From Camelus ferus (taxonomy: Eukaryota), in NCBI RefSeq assembly GCF_009834535.1, contig NC_045697.1:22942001-23006000 (forward strand): a DNA stretch of 64,000 bases, read 5' to 3'. Below the pieces are notes generated by a model, which was not told where the DNA came from, ran no database searches, and saw only the letters and a list, made by a program, of their open reading frames with translations. The translations under genes and the position numbers were made by a program. Every line of letters starts with the position of its first letter. Position 1 is the first letter of the stretch. Shown piece after piece: positions 12,876 through 25,039 of this stretch.

Positions 12876-13427
12876 TGCTGCAGGAAAATGCGGCACGAGA
12901 GGATAGTTATGTCCCAGGTCTCGGGTGAGTCCCTGGGACACACCCCCTCAAGTGAGGGTCCTTAGCTTCACACGGGACAGAATTCAAGAGCAAGCCGTGT
13001 TAAAGAGACTCTAGATTTATTCAGGGAGATACGTACTCCATAGGCAGAATGCGGGCTCTCTTGGAAGGCAAGACAGACAGTCCTGGGGCCCAGGGGTGGT
13101 TAGCTTTGGGTCTGGATAATTTCACATGCTAACAATTAGGAGGATTATTCCAACTGTTTTGGGCAAGGGGCAGAGATTTCCAGGCATCGGGCCCTCATCC
13201 AGTTTTTGGTTTTTAATGATCAGTCGGAATTTTCACAGTGCTCGTGGGATTGCCATTGTTTAGCATGCTGATGTATTAAAATGAGAATATAATGAGACTC
13301 AAGGTCTACTGGAAGTTTAATCTTCCACCATCTTGGGCTTAGTAGGTTCTAACCAGTTTTTGTCCTATCCTCAAAGGCTATGTCATTCTTTTAGTGGTTG
13401 TACCCTGCCCTCTTCTCTCTTGTCTCA
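12876..13427 (-). mobile_element. MER41-like ERV1 solo LTR (relatively young)
   Basis: TG...CA termini; 4-bp flanks ttcc/ctcc; minus-strand AATAAA at 13016-13021. Minus-strand motifs 'ccaagatgg', 'ctcattttaatacatcagcatgctaaa', 'gaataatcc', 'ctgcctatggagta', 'cttgaattct' recall MER41. CpGs are retained. Confidence 0.85.
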
Positions 13428-13444
13428 CTCCTACAAGCCCAAGT

Positions 13445-13576
13445 TAGAGTGACGATATACATTGGTTTTCCCAGTACATTTACATTTTACACCTATTGTT
13501 TTGCATTAATTATTAAAAGTACCTCTTTTCACTCTCTAATATTTCAGATTGAACAATAAATTATATGATCACTTCA
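13445..13576. mobile_element. MER94 (hAT-Blackjack MITE)
   Basis: Decayed TIRs 'tagagtgacgatata' / 'tatatgatcacttca'; internal 'tttacacctattgtt..taattattaa..ttttcactctc..aataaattatatg' matches the recalled MER94 consensus. Confidence 0.75.
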
Positions 13577-14019
13577 CTCATAATAGCAGATAAAACTCCT
13601 GTTGTCACTTCTGAATATATCATAAGAAAAGAAGAAGAGCAGAAAAAAGACATTCTCACTTCCTTAAAGGTATTTTCTTCATGCTAAAAAGAGGACCTTA
13701 GATAATATCCTATTGGCAAAATCTTAGTCACATTACCCCACCAACATGCAAGATGAGCTAAGAAACATAATTTTTTATTCCTATTGAACATGGGCTCAAC
13801 TAAATCATTAGGGTTCTATTGATAGATAAGAATGGGAGAAGAGATATTGGCTGTAACTGATATACTTCTCAACTTCAAAAATTAATAAACCCAATTTTTG
13901 GTTGCCAATTTTTAAAATCTGATTTGTAGATGTATTATTTGTGTGTCAAACGCACCAGATTATGGGTGTAGTCTTACGGTATGTAATTCAGAAGATGTCT
14001 TTAGTTAGATTAAGTATTT

Positions 14020-14130
14020 TGGTTAGACTAAGTATTCCTTGAGGGCAGAGAACACATTCTTTACTCCTGTGTGTTTGTACATGTCCTAGAACAAGTACTT
14101 AGAGATTTGGCAATTAAGATAAAAATATGC
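14020..14130 (+). mobile_element. L2 3' end fragment
   Basis: 'tagactaagtattccttgagggcagagaacac...cctagaacaagtactt'. Confidence 0.6.
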
Positions 14131-14799
14131 ATGTAGGTATTTTACCAAGACATTAATTGGGAAATTTGAATCCAGGGCAATAAATATTTTTGAGTATCTA
14201 ATCAAAGTGCAAAATATCTTTATAGAAACTGTGGAAAATATAAAGGAAAAAGTGCATGCCTTGTTTATGCTTTCTATTCTTTTTTGAGAAGCCTTTAAAT
14301 ACGTTGAAATGTAAATGTCTGGGAATAGCCAAGCTCTGTATAATGGGAAAATGCTTAAGCTATTAGAATGAGTTAAAGTCAACATATTTTTTTCTCTCAA
14401 TGTGTTTATCACATTTTTTAGGTTAGTTTAAGATTTTACTGAGAAATGCACAATAAGTGTGTAGCGTTCAGTGAATGTCTATGATTATTTGTATTTCTAG
14501 GATAGTCTTTACTTTTGTTCGACCTAAGTTCAGTAATTTGCATTAGCAAAAAAGATATCTTTTATTTTATCTTATAAGCAACTCCTCTGACTCAATAATC
14601 TACCAGATCCATCCCTTATTTGCAACCAATCCACTAAAATTACTATAATTTGTAAAAGTAGGCGAGAAATTGTTAGAAATTGTTAGAAATTCTTGCTTCA
14701 TACTATGTTTTTAAAAAAAGTACCTTATGATGCACATTTTCAAATCTTTGAACTAATGAAACAGGTGCTGTAGTTTTAGAGTTGGAGGCAGGTATTATG

Positions 14800-15043
14800 A
14801 CAGTTTGAAGTATCAAGGACATCAGTTCTGGATTCACTTAGACTGCTTGTTGCCATTTCTAACTCTGTTCGGTGTGACCTTGTCCATGGCGTGACTTTAT
14901 CCTGCATCGCCTCTCTAAAACTTAGCTTTCCTTCTTGACTGAGAAAGGGTTCTTGATTGCATAATGAAAGGATAAAAGGGTTAAAGTACATAAAGAATTC
15001 AGCATGAAGTCTTTGATAAATCCTTGCCATTATTATTATTATT
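14800..15043 (+). mobile_element. MIR SINE
   Basis: 'tgtgaccttg...tctctaaaacttagctttcctt...aggataaaagggttaaagtacataaag...tattattattatt'. Confidence 0.7.
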
Positions 15044-16018
15044 ATATCAATAACCTAGACAATGATCATTACAATTAATGCAAATTATATTAGGAGGCAT
15101 GCCTAAGCTCTTGAACATTTATCTGCAGACTCACTGAAATAGCTTTGTCCTACTAAGCAGACATATGAGGGCACTCACTTATGCGAGCAAAGGCAATTAA
15201 CCAAGCATTCCAATTCTATTATAGAGTCTTAACATCCTTCATCAGAAATACTGGAGGAGGATATGCTCTCTTGATTTCCAAAAAAAAAAAGGCATTCATC
15301 CCATGCTTACTTCAGAAGATTGATTGGGTGTGGATGCTTCATTTCCTTTAGAAGAGATCAAATTAGCAATTAACTAATTCACAGGTAGAAACAGCCTGAG
15401 TGCAATGAAAGCTTTATAAGTTCTTATCTGGTGAAAAATTAGCAATTGCCACAATAATAGATGAGGTTAAATAAGAGGATTGCCCTGAATTAGAAAAAAC
15501 ATAATTATAAATATGTATTTTTAATAGGAATTAGGATGGGCTTGTTGTTTTGTAGATTTTAAAATTCTGTTTGAAAGTACATTGGCTTCTAATTGTAACA
15601 TATAATTAAATGCATATAGAAAAGAAATTGTCATTGCAGCTTATTAATAAGTGCTGAAAGAAATAGCAGCTTTTATTGTCACATGATAAGAAAATTACAC
15701 TGTAAGTTTCATTTCAAAACAACTCTCAAATTAAAAAAAGAGAGAAAGAGAAAAAAAGGAGAAAATAAGAAAAGAAAGCTTCTAAAGTTGACAAGAACTA
15801 AAAATGAGTGAATTTCTTGCTGATGAAAATTGAAGACAAAAATGTCCATAGCTGATTGTTGATACTGGAATTATAACATGGATAAAACGTAATTTTGGTT
15901 AAATTCAAAACACATCTTTTGGTATGTATTTATGAAATAATTCTTTAAATTTAAAATGCTTAAGCTGTCTTTTGTGATTATTTTTCTTTCTCATTGGCAT
16001 CCCATATTTATTGTCTCC

Positions 16019-16389
16019 TGTTATGTTCTGAATATTTGTGTTATTCCAAAATCCAAATGTCGAAAGCCTATCTTCAATGTGATGGTGTTAGGCGATGGGT
16101 CTTTGCGAGGTAATTAGGATCAGGTGAGGTTATGAGGATGCAGCCTTCATAAAGGGGATTAGTGCCTTTGTAAGAGTCAAGACCGCTTGCTTCCTGTCTC
16201 TGCTCTCCGCCACAGGAGAATATGAGATGTTGTCATCTGCAACCCGGGAGAGGACTCTCACCAGGACCTGACCACGCTGGCACTCTGATCTGGGACCCCA
16301 GCCTCCAGAACTGTGAGAAATAAATTTCTGTTGTTTATAAGCCACCCAGGCTATGGTAGTTTGGTAAAGCAGCCTGAACTAAGATGACA
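16019..16389 (+). mobile_element. MLT1A/MLT1A0-like solo LTR
   Basis: TG..CA ends; 'ctcaccaggacctgaccacgctggcactctgatctgggaccccagcctccagaactgtgagaaataaatttctgttgtttataagccaccc'. Confidence 0.93.
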
Positions 16390-17904
16390 TCCTTTTTACA
16401 TGTTTAGCTTCTTTTGTCCTAATCCCCACTGAGTAAAGTCAGTCCAGGCAATTAAATTCCTAAACCACATTTCTTAGTCAAGAGGTTCCCTCATGTTCCC
16501 ACATACTTGGAATTGTTTTTTCCTTTTTTTTTTTTTTTTTTTTTTGTGCTGTAAATCCTCCAACTTCCTTTCTTCTTAGTGTCTTTATTGTGGGATTAAT
16601 TATAATATTCTAATGAATCTTCCCAGATTTTTTTAAAGCCTTCAAAGTCTGTTATATGATATAAAGGTATAAAACCAAATAACTTCCCGCTGGCCTCTGC
16701 GTATCCATTTCTCTAGGCTGAATAACGCTCTCAGTGGGATAAAAAAGTAAGCATCCAAGTAGGTCAGGGATTTCCTTACAAATAGCATTGCCACTCTATT
16801 GCTCCACTATAGAAAATAATAAAAGCATGTTTTTATCTGATTGTGAAGCCTTTGGCATCTTCTGTACACTTTCAAGGCTGCAGGCCACAGTGGAATAAGT
16901 TGCATTAATCTCTTTAGGTTTAAGCTTATTTATCAAAAAAGAGGAAGGCTGTATGCTAAAGTCTTAGGTCAAGCCCTCTGCCTTCACAACTCCCACCTCC
17001 ATACAACTGAGATGTGACTTAATAATGTCTTTACACACTGAATAATGCTTCACAGCTGTCTTACGATGGCAGAGCACAGTAAGACATTGTGTAAATGTTG
17101 AGAGAGATAATATCATTATTCCAGGTATGAATCCAGGAGTAAGAGTGTAGAAAGATTTAACCATCTTTTGGGAATTCGAAAAAAAAAAATAATAAGGCAC
17201 AAATTTGGTTCACTGTTTAAAAAATACATGACATGTATTTTATATATATACATATATATATAAAATATATAATATATAATTAGAGAGAATCCAAAATTCT
17301 TAGAGTAGACATGAGACAGTATGATCAAAATATTTTTTTGAAAAACTATTAACTGTTAAATTATGTTATCCTGAGGTCCTTTAGTGAATTCTAATCTCTT
17401 CTCTTGGGTAGCTCAATTCAGCTTCTCCAAGTGTAGGCAGTCGGAACTGATGGCAAACTTGTCAGAGGTCTGGTTGTCAATGCTAATCAGATGGTGTGGT
17501 CTTAGACAAATTTACCAAGTTTGCAAGGTTTATCCTTGTCAAATTGCTACCTTTTAAGACTCTCTCTGTCAGGACACCCGTCTACCTTGTCCCCAAGGCC
17601 AGCTCTAAATTAACTATCTCCCTATTCCTAGCCTTTCCTTCCTTTTCTCCATCTGTGTCTTTTGGCAAACATTTGTTAAAACACACTGGGGGTACTTTCT
17701 ACAATTAAAAATGATGAATAAAACAGAACTCCTACCTAGAAAAACTGTGGCTAATGTGGTATACAGTCACAAGAACAATGTCTTATTGATTTCTAAGGAC
17801 TAAGTGCTTTTGGACTCTAGAGAAAAATGAATCGCCAAATCTACTAAAGTGGTGCGTGAGCATCACAGTTTATTCACGGAAAGTGGCTCAGTTATAGAAG
17901 GATT

Positions 17905-18020
17905 TGGAATTAACTGTGAAGCTTGTTAAAAATATAAATTTCTGGGCCCAACCTCAAAAGATTTTGAATATGTAGATGGAACTCCATAATCTGCATATTT
18001 AGCAAGTAATCTAGAGAACA
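17905..18020. mobile_element. MER5-like hAT-Charlie MITE fragment
   Basis: 'gaagcttgttaaaaatataaatttctgggcccaacctc..gaat..atctgcatatttagcaag'. Confidence 0.65.
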
Positions 18021-18214
18021 ATAATAATAATAGCTAGCTCTTGATTGAAAGCTTATTAATAATAAACAGTACTCTGGATAATCTACTGACCACAACTGGA
18101 GAGACACTGACTTAAGCCCTGTCTTGTTTTTGTTCTGATGATGCTACCTACCTACTGGAGTTAAGAACCACTCAGATATACAGGGATGGGCATGTAGAAA
18201 AGTGTCTTCTCAGC

Positions 18215-18528
18215 ACACTATTGTCACAGCGATGTTAAGTACATACTACCTCCAATCTCAGTCATTTGTAATAGCAGTGATTTATTCTCCTAGATCTCTG
18301 CTTGTCTCATCCAGCCAGCTCTGCTTTGGGCTGCAGCACTGAGACACCACAAGTCTTTATTTGAAGGACCCAACTTAAAAGCGAGTAGCTACCTAGTGAA
18401 AGCTCCAAGTTCTCGCAGTAACTGTCTAAGGCTCAAGGGACAAACACAATTACAACTTTATCAGGTGAGCCACCATCCCATTGGCCAAAGCAAGTCAAAT
18501 GACCAAGGCCAGTATCTCTAGGGTGGTG
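18215..18528 (-). mobile_element. Old MLT1I/J-like LTR
   Basis: 'caatctcagtcatttgtaatagcagtgatttattctc' and 'catcccattggccaaagcaagtcaaatgaccaaggcc'. Confidence 0.65.
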
Positions 18529-18530
18529 TA

Positions 18531-19160
18531 TGTGTCAGGTTCAGTCAGTCAGGAGCCAGAATCCACATTAGTTATTCAAAGATAATTTAGTAGAGACTTG
18601 CTCACAATGTATAAAGATGTTAACTGGAGAACAGAAAATTATCACACCTATGTCTAAGAGAACAAAGAGAGGAGTTTCAAATAATTAAAACACGTAAACA
18701 TAGATGAGGAGGCTTGTTAAGGGCTGAACTGGGTTTTCCCAAAATTCACTGGTTAAAGCCTAACCCCCAGTGTGACCATCTGAAGACAGGGCCTTCAAGT
18801 AGGTAATAATGGTTAGATGAGTTCCTAAGGGTGGAGCCCTAATTCAGAAAGTCTAGTGTCCTTACAAGAAGAGAAGGAGACACCAGGAATGTGTGTGCAC
18901 AGAGGAAAGGTCACACGAGGACACAGCAAGAAGATGGCTGTCTGCAGGCCAAGGGAACAGGCCTCAGGAGAAACCCGTCCATTCAGCCCCTTCACACTGG
19001 ATTTCTAGCTTCCAAATCTGAGCAAATAGATACAATTGTGTTGAAGTCACCCAGTTTATGATATTTTGTTATGGCAGCCTGAACAGACCAACAAAGCCCT
19101 ATGGAACTGAAATTCAGGCTTCTGAGGAGGGAGTCTTGCCCATCTGAATTCTGAGGAGAA
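18531..19160. mobile_element. Old LTR (LTR78/79-like), split by MLT1B
   Basis: 'tgtgtcaggttcagtcagtcaggagccagaatccacattagttatt..aatttag' before, and 'ggaactgaaattcaggcttctgaggagggag' after, the MLT1B. Confidence 0.5.
18715..19093 (+). mobile_element. MLT1B-like solo LTR
   Basis: 'tgttaagggctgaact..cccaaaattcac..taacccccagtgtgac...gaggacacagcaagaagatggc...tttgttatggcagcctgaacagaccaaca'. Confidence 0.92.
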
Positions 19161-20589
19161 GTTCCTTGGGCACGTGACACACCATTTCCAAACATGGGTA
19201 AAATCCTAATAACAACAAAAAAGGATTATTTTTTAGAGACGTGTAACATAAAATTATTCTGAAATATTGATTTTTTTTTGAAGTTGTTCTAATAATAGTT
19301 CCCCTGAATGTGTGAATTCATTTGAAACTTACAGTCAATAATTATTTAATTTAGAAATAAATAATGCATTTTTGTTTTGCCCAAAGAAACTAAGTTGATT
19401 GACATCAAAAAACAATAAATAAAAGAACAGAGAATGAAAAAACAATAAGAATATTAATAAGATTTATTTTTTATATAGGAACATCTAATACTTCAAATAT
19501 TATTAATATTAACAACAGTTGGATATATCTTCCTTCTTAATAAGACAAATTGTAATAAAACAGGGGTGCAAATTAAGTGCAATGGGATGTTAAATGTTTT
19601 TTAAAATTGTAGGTAACAAGATTTACTGATGATAAATACATTCAGGCTAAAGTAATAATAGGACCAAGTGGGATGATTTAAAGAAAGTCACTCGAACACT
19701 CACTGTTCTCTGGTGGTGGACCCCTGCCAATAAATTGATAATCCACCAAAATAACAATAGTTTACATCTGGGAAGTCTGCAAAGGAAGTCTACAAATAGT
19801 GTCCGAATATAATGTGAACAACTGTAAATTTTTGAGCAGTTGTAAAAATATGGTTTTAAAATTTTGTCACTAAAAAATTTAGAATCACCGTTAGCTACAG
19901 CACATCTTTTGGAGTTTTAGAAGAGTTTTATTCCTGGGTGTACAGGATTCCAAGAGCTGTAAATCATCAGGGTTAACTGGAGTAAATTATAAAGAATTTA
20001 AATAATTTACACAGAATCATTTACAAAAACAAATACAGATTAAACTTTAGACAACCCTGCTTATACAAGTCCCTTGCCAACAATATATACCCCAGGTTAA
20101 TTTCTTGTCTCCCAGCTATTGACACTTCACTGGTTCCCCTCCTGACTCTCCCTACCCTCCGTTTCTGTTATTTTCCTCTCACCTCATTTTCCCATGAAGA
20201 AGGAGACAAATCTTTTTTTTTTTTTCCCTACAAAGACTTCACATGCTCAATTTTGTTGTTTTGATTCCTGCCCACATCCAAATCATACACAGAGTATGTT
20301 ATCACCATGTATTTTACAACAAACGCAATTCCTTTGCTTAAAAGAAATGATGGTGCTAGACAGTGGTATTCTGGAACCAGATCACACAGATTTCATGGAT
20401 GTCTTCCCAACTCAACATTCACTTTGGCAGCTTTAAATCAGTGCCCGTACGAATGGATATGGGAGGGAGGGGGAAAGTGGATAGTGGAAATGAGCAAATC
20501 TGAGCTTTTTATTTCCTTTGGAGCATCAATTGTTCAACACATACCAGCATTGTCCTGAGTTATTTGTTGTTACAAAATGATATTAACAA

Positions 20590-20820
20590 GGATGATAGTA
20601 TCATTTAACTTTTAAAGGTTTATTATGGACTGATAGTCTAAGCTGTTTCTATGTCTTAAATCAATTAGTACCTGGAATAATCATCAGGAGTAGGCAGTAG
20701 AATTAATCTTATTATGAGACGGTGATGATGATACTGACGTCAGAGATACTGGATCTCGTTTGAGATAATCCTTCTGGTAAGTGGTGGAGGAGAAGCATGA
20801 AACTTTGCCTCACCCAAAGT
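20590..20820 (-). mobile_element. MIR SINE
   Basis: Diverged antisense MIR: 'aataatcatcaggagtaggcag...gatactgacgtcagaga...ctggtaagtggtggag'. Confidence 0.55.
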
Positions 20821-20839
20821 CTGTACATGAGCTTAGGAT

Positions 20840-21030
20840 ATTGGAGTGGACGTGTCTGGGAGTCAGAGACCTGAGTATAAATCCCTGTATTCTTTCATTT
20901 GCCCTTTGCCCTTGGGCATTTTGTATTCTCCCATCTGAGACTAAGTTTCCCTAAAATTACAGAGACAAAGCCCTATCTTTCAGGATTGTTTGGAAAATGG
21001 TTTTGTGAGGTTATAACGTATTTCATTCAT
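20840..21030 (+). mobile_element. MIR SINE
   Basis: 'ggagtcagagacctgagtataaatccc...ccttgggca...ctgagactaagtttcc'. Confidence 0.65.
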
Positions 21031-21164
21031 CTACTATATGTAATACATTTGAACATTTTAGAGAAAATTTAAGTCAACTGTCTTTTCATTTATGTATAGA
21101 TAAATACATATAAATCTATATTTATATTATTGGCTCTGTTATATAGTATGGTTCTGGTACATGC

Positions 21165-21173
21165 ATATATATA

Positions 21174-21220
<47 letters not shown>

Positions 21221-21240
21221 ATATACACACACCACACATA
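21165..21240 (+). repeat. (CA)n microsatellite
   Basis: Seen directly; long uninterrupted CA core at 21181-21214. Confidence 0.98.
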
Positions 21241-21244
21241 AATA

Positions 21245-21283
21245 CAATTAGTTCTGTTTCAGTGGAGAATCCTGACTAACATA
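21245..21283 (+). mobile_element. MLT2-type LTR 3' terminus
   Basis: 'attagttctgtttcagtggagaatcctgactaacata' resembles the MLT2 end 'attggttctgtttctctggagaaccctgactaataca', which typically follows a CA/TA microsatellite. Confidence 0.7.
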
Positions 21284-21973
21284 TTTCCTAAATAAATCTT
21301 TTCCAAGTTAAGTAACCACAAGCTTTTTATTACTGCATTGTGATGAATTTTAGTTTCTTCCTAAACTGTGTTAACTGGACACAATCCAGACTGTGTGCTT
21401 TTCATGAAATAATAAAATGTTTCAAGTGTCACCTTTTCTTTTTATAAGAACCCCTAAAATGTCTCTGGCCCAGCAGCCACTTGGGGACGACATTGCTAAC
21501 CTGCTACTATGTGCACAAAATATTTGGGTCCAAGAGTTGCTTAGCAATCCAGTGCTGTAGAAATCCTTCAAACATGATTTATCATCGTAAGTATGCACTT
21601 AGAGTCATCTTCCAATCCACAAGTAGCTACCATTTTCATGAATTAGTGTTCTGTGCAAAAAGTATTAATAAATGGATACTTCCCTCTGTTTCAGTAGACC
21701 CACTAAGTGTTTCAGTATTTCCATATGTCTTCAGTGTGCAAAGTATTTAAGAACACAAGGATTCAGGATATATTTTTAGGCCACATGTCTTTAAAAAAGT
21801 TTTTGAAATCCGTTTGTCTATTCAACTATCTCTGTAGATACTGTATTTTCAGGCTTATCATTTTTATATTATCAAATAATGTTCTACCAATTTGACAGAG
21901 TAAAAGAACTTACATAACCCATGGCCCCAGCTTTTAAAAGGAAGATTCTAATTTGAGAGAACTATATGCAGTC

Positions 21974-22319
21974 TGTTTTAGTCAGTTTGGGTTGCTATAA
22001 CAAGATAACATAGACTGAATGGCTTAAACAACAGAAATATTTTTCTCACAGCTCTGGAGACTGGGAAGTCCAAGTTCAAGGTGCCAGCTCATTTGATTTC
22101 TGGAGAGAACTCTCTTCCTGGTTCTCTCCTCACATAATCAAGAGACACAAAAACAAGCTTTCTCATGTTTCTTCTTCTAAGAGCACTCATCTCATCATGA
22201 GAGCTCTACCCTCATGACCTAATTACCTCCCCAAGACCTCATCACCAAATACGAAAATACTGGAGGTTAGGTTTTTAACATATCAAATTTGGGGGCACAC
22301 AAACATTCAATCCATAGCA
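21974..22319 (-). mobile_element. MLT1A/MLT1A0-like solo LTR
   Basis: 'tgttttagtcagtttgggttgctataaca..ggcttaaacaacagaaat..ctcatgacctaattacctccc..gggggcacacaaacattcaatccatagca'. Confidence 0.93.
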
Positions 22320-22699
22320 TTGTCTTTTTTCCAAAATTGCCTTCTTGATCAAAGTCATCAGGAGGCACTTTCAAGTAACTAATTGTACTTCTGCCATGTG
22401 ATTATTGAAAGATATTTCAAATCAATCCTTAGTCATTATATTAAGATGAATGCTGCCATTAGTGCAGTTGTAAGACTCCTAAAATTCCTAATGTATTCCG
22501 GTGTTTCACTTCAGTTAGTATGTCCCCCAAACTTCATGCTTTTATTGTTTTCCTTATACATAAAATATAAAATGATGAATGTAGATTATGCCTATAACTG
22601 TCACTTTATTCACCATTTTACATTATTTTATTTTCAGTTGGCAAAAGAAAAAAGTCTATTAGAGAATTAGGGATGGACTTCACGTAGAATCCAGAACAG

Positions 22700-22805
22700 T
22701 CAAAAACCTGAGAAATGCAGGTTAAGTGACTTGTCCAAAGTCATAAATTACTTGTCAGTATCAAGAGTAGAATTCAGGTTTCTTGACTGCAAGTTCATCA
22801 TCTTT
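22700..22805 (-). mobile_element. MIR fragment
   Basis: 'aggttaagtgacttgtccaaagtcata...agaattcaggtttcttgact'. Confidence 0.7.
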
Positions 22806-23099
22806 CAATAGCCCCAGTATAATTAAATAAATCCTGTGTACCAATGTTAATTAGTTGGTAAGTTACTCAGTAGTTCACATCTACTTTTGGTGTGGCTTTG
22901 TTGGGAACTCTGAATATAGCCACAGAGACACTGAAATCCCCTTGAAGATAGCCATACACTTATTCTTTTCTTTTTTCTCTTATGTCACTGGGTATGTGAC
23001 TCAAACTTCAGTTTTAAAATAGTAATATAAATGTGCTTATTAAAAGAATTACATTAAGTAGAAGAAATCCATTGGAAGGAAGAAGATGCAATAATTTAT

Positions 23100-24920
23100 C
23101 TAACTGGAAAAAATGTTTTTAAAAACAGATATATCAAAATGATAAATCATGATCTAGTTTGTTGTAACATTGTCTAAAAGTGAAATATTTTGATCTGATT
23201 ATGTAATCAAGACTTCAAAGTATTTTTTATGGTAACAGAGTGAAGTTTAAAAATAAAAGAAAATTAGGTTAAAAAGTGACATAGTAAGGAGATTTTTATT
23301 ACATTTCCTAAAACCCACGAAAAATGATTAAAAAACACGTTGATTATTAAGAAAAAGTATTTCTCAAAAAACTAAGTATGGAACAAACCCAAACTCTAGA
23401 TTGTAAAAATTCAAAAGTTACTGTTAGGAATGCATGTATATCATCTACCTTATCAATAAATCAGAACAGAAAAAATGAACTCCATGTAAGTGATAAAAAG
23501 TTTGTGGTGTTTAATTAGGAATCAATGCTGACTTTCATTTAATGAAACAAGAACAGATGGATTCTTATTTAGTACATGGATATACATAGATATATTATAT
23601 GGATATAGATATATAAATATTCAAAAGTCAGCTGCATTCTAAATGGAGAATCACTAAGCTTTTCCCATCAAAGTCAGGACATTACAAGGATATCTATGCT
23701 GATCTTTGTTATTTAACATTCCTCTGGGAGTACTAGTAAGACATTTTGATGCAAAAAAAAATATAATATATAAATAATGCACAGGAAAAAGCAAAATTAG
23801 CATTTTTTGCAGATGATAATATTAAATAACTGAAAAATACAAGAGAATGAGAGAGCTATTTTAAAATATGCAAATTCAGTAATGTTTGGGTAAAAACATT
23901 ATTATATAAAAACAATTGATTTTTAATATTTTTAAAACCATATAAAATTTGGAAAAGGGGGGAAATCTCAGTTTTATTAGAAAAAGAATAAAATGCTTAG
24001 GAATAAATTTACTAAAATGTGTGTGGGACATAAATGGAGATAAATGTAAAACTCTACCAAAGGACAGGGAAAAAATTTGAATTCAGAAGTCATAATGAGC
24101 AAGATAAATAAATAAAATTACATAAAATATGTTCTTCATAGAAAAATAGATAAGATGTTGCAGAAGATGAATTTTAACTGATGATACATTTTCAGGTCAT
24201 ATGACAAAGTGCTAATTTCTTGATCACACAAAGTGCTTTTATTTTAATCAAAATAGAAAAAAATAGAAAAAACACACAATTCATAGAATACAATAAACAC
24301 ATGCTCACTAAACATATAAAACAATATTCAACATTACTCAAGGAAATGCAAGATAACACAACAATAAACTGTTGTTTTTACTTAGATTGACAAAGTTCGA
24401 TACTACAACATTTGGAAGAGATTTTGACTGATTGAGTTATAAATCCATAGAATTTTTATACAATATTTTTGCAATATTAATAAAAAATTGAAATGTTAAA
24501 CCAAGAAATTCCTTTCAATGAATCAGTTTTGCAGATAGTCTCATACAAATTTACAAAGATATATGCTATACAGATAAATTTAACTGCAACATTCTTTGTA
24601 CAAAATAGCAAAAACATAAGAAAGTAGCATGATTGTCTACTTTAATGCTGGTTAACTAAACTATGGTAGACACATAAAGTTGTATAAAATGCACCAGTTA
24701 AAAAGAAAGAGCTACATTCATATATGGTCTGAATTGTGGTCTAGTTAGTAGCTTTGTAGCAATAGAAACTTTGTGGTTTGGATAATATATTTATTCAAAT
24801 AGTGGTTGTGTAAGATGCTATCACTGGGAAAAGCTGAGTGAGTGAAGTATGTGCTAAAATTCTGTGTAGCATTTTTGCATCATATAAGTTTATAATAATG
24901 TGAAATAAAAATTTTAAAAG
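23100..24920 (+). mobile_element. Ancient L1 (L1M/L1ME-like) ORF2 remnant and 3' UTR
   Basis: RT-domain relic at 23640-23830 ('aatggagaatcactaagcttttcccatcaaagtcaggac..caaggatat..ttatttaacatt..ctgggagtactag', 'tttttgcagatgata'); 3' end 'gaaataaaaattttaaaa'. Confidence 0.8.
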
Positions 24921-25039
24921 TCTACATGATATGATATGGAAGGATAAGCAATATGAGTTAGAGTATATATAATGTATATATAATCTACATATTAATATAT
25001 CATGTATATAAATATGCATATATATTACATATACTGCAT

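Larger units (their letters stand above)
12678..13870 (-). mobile_element. Old MLT1J/K-like LTR, split by nested elements
   Basis: Start 'tagtcaagattactgaatgtcacatgtgacagaaa'; end 'attggcaaaatcttagtcacattacccca..tgcaag..gggttctatt..aagaatgggagaagagatattgg'. Confidence 0.6.

Noticed and set aside
14665..14691. Short tandem repeats (agaaattgtt x2.7; similar ones near 19771, 57641 and 59948)
   Set aside because: Ordinary slippage duplications.
19968..20059. Possible MITE with cagggtt/aaccctg ends and an inner gtaaattat/ataatttac repeat
   Set aside because: TIRs are too short, no TSD, and no family match that I can recall.
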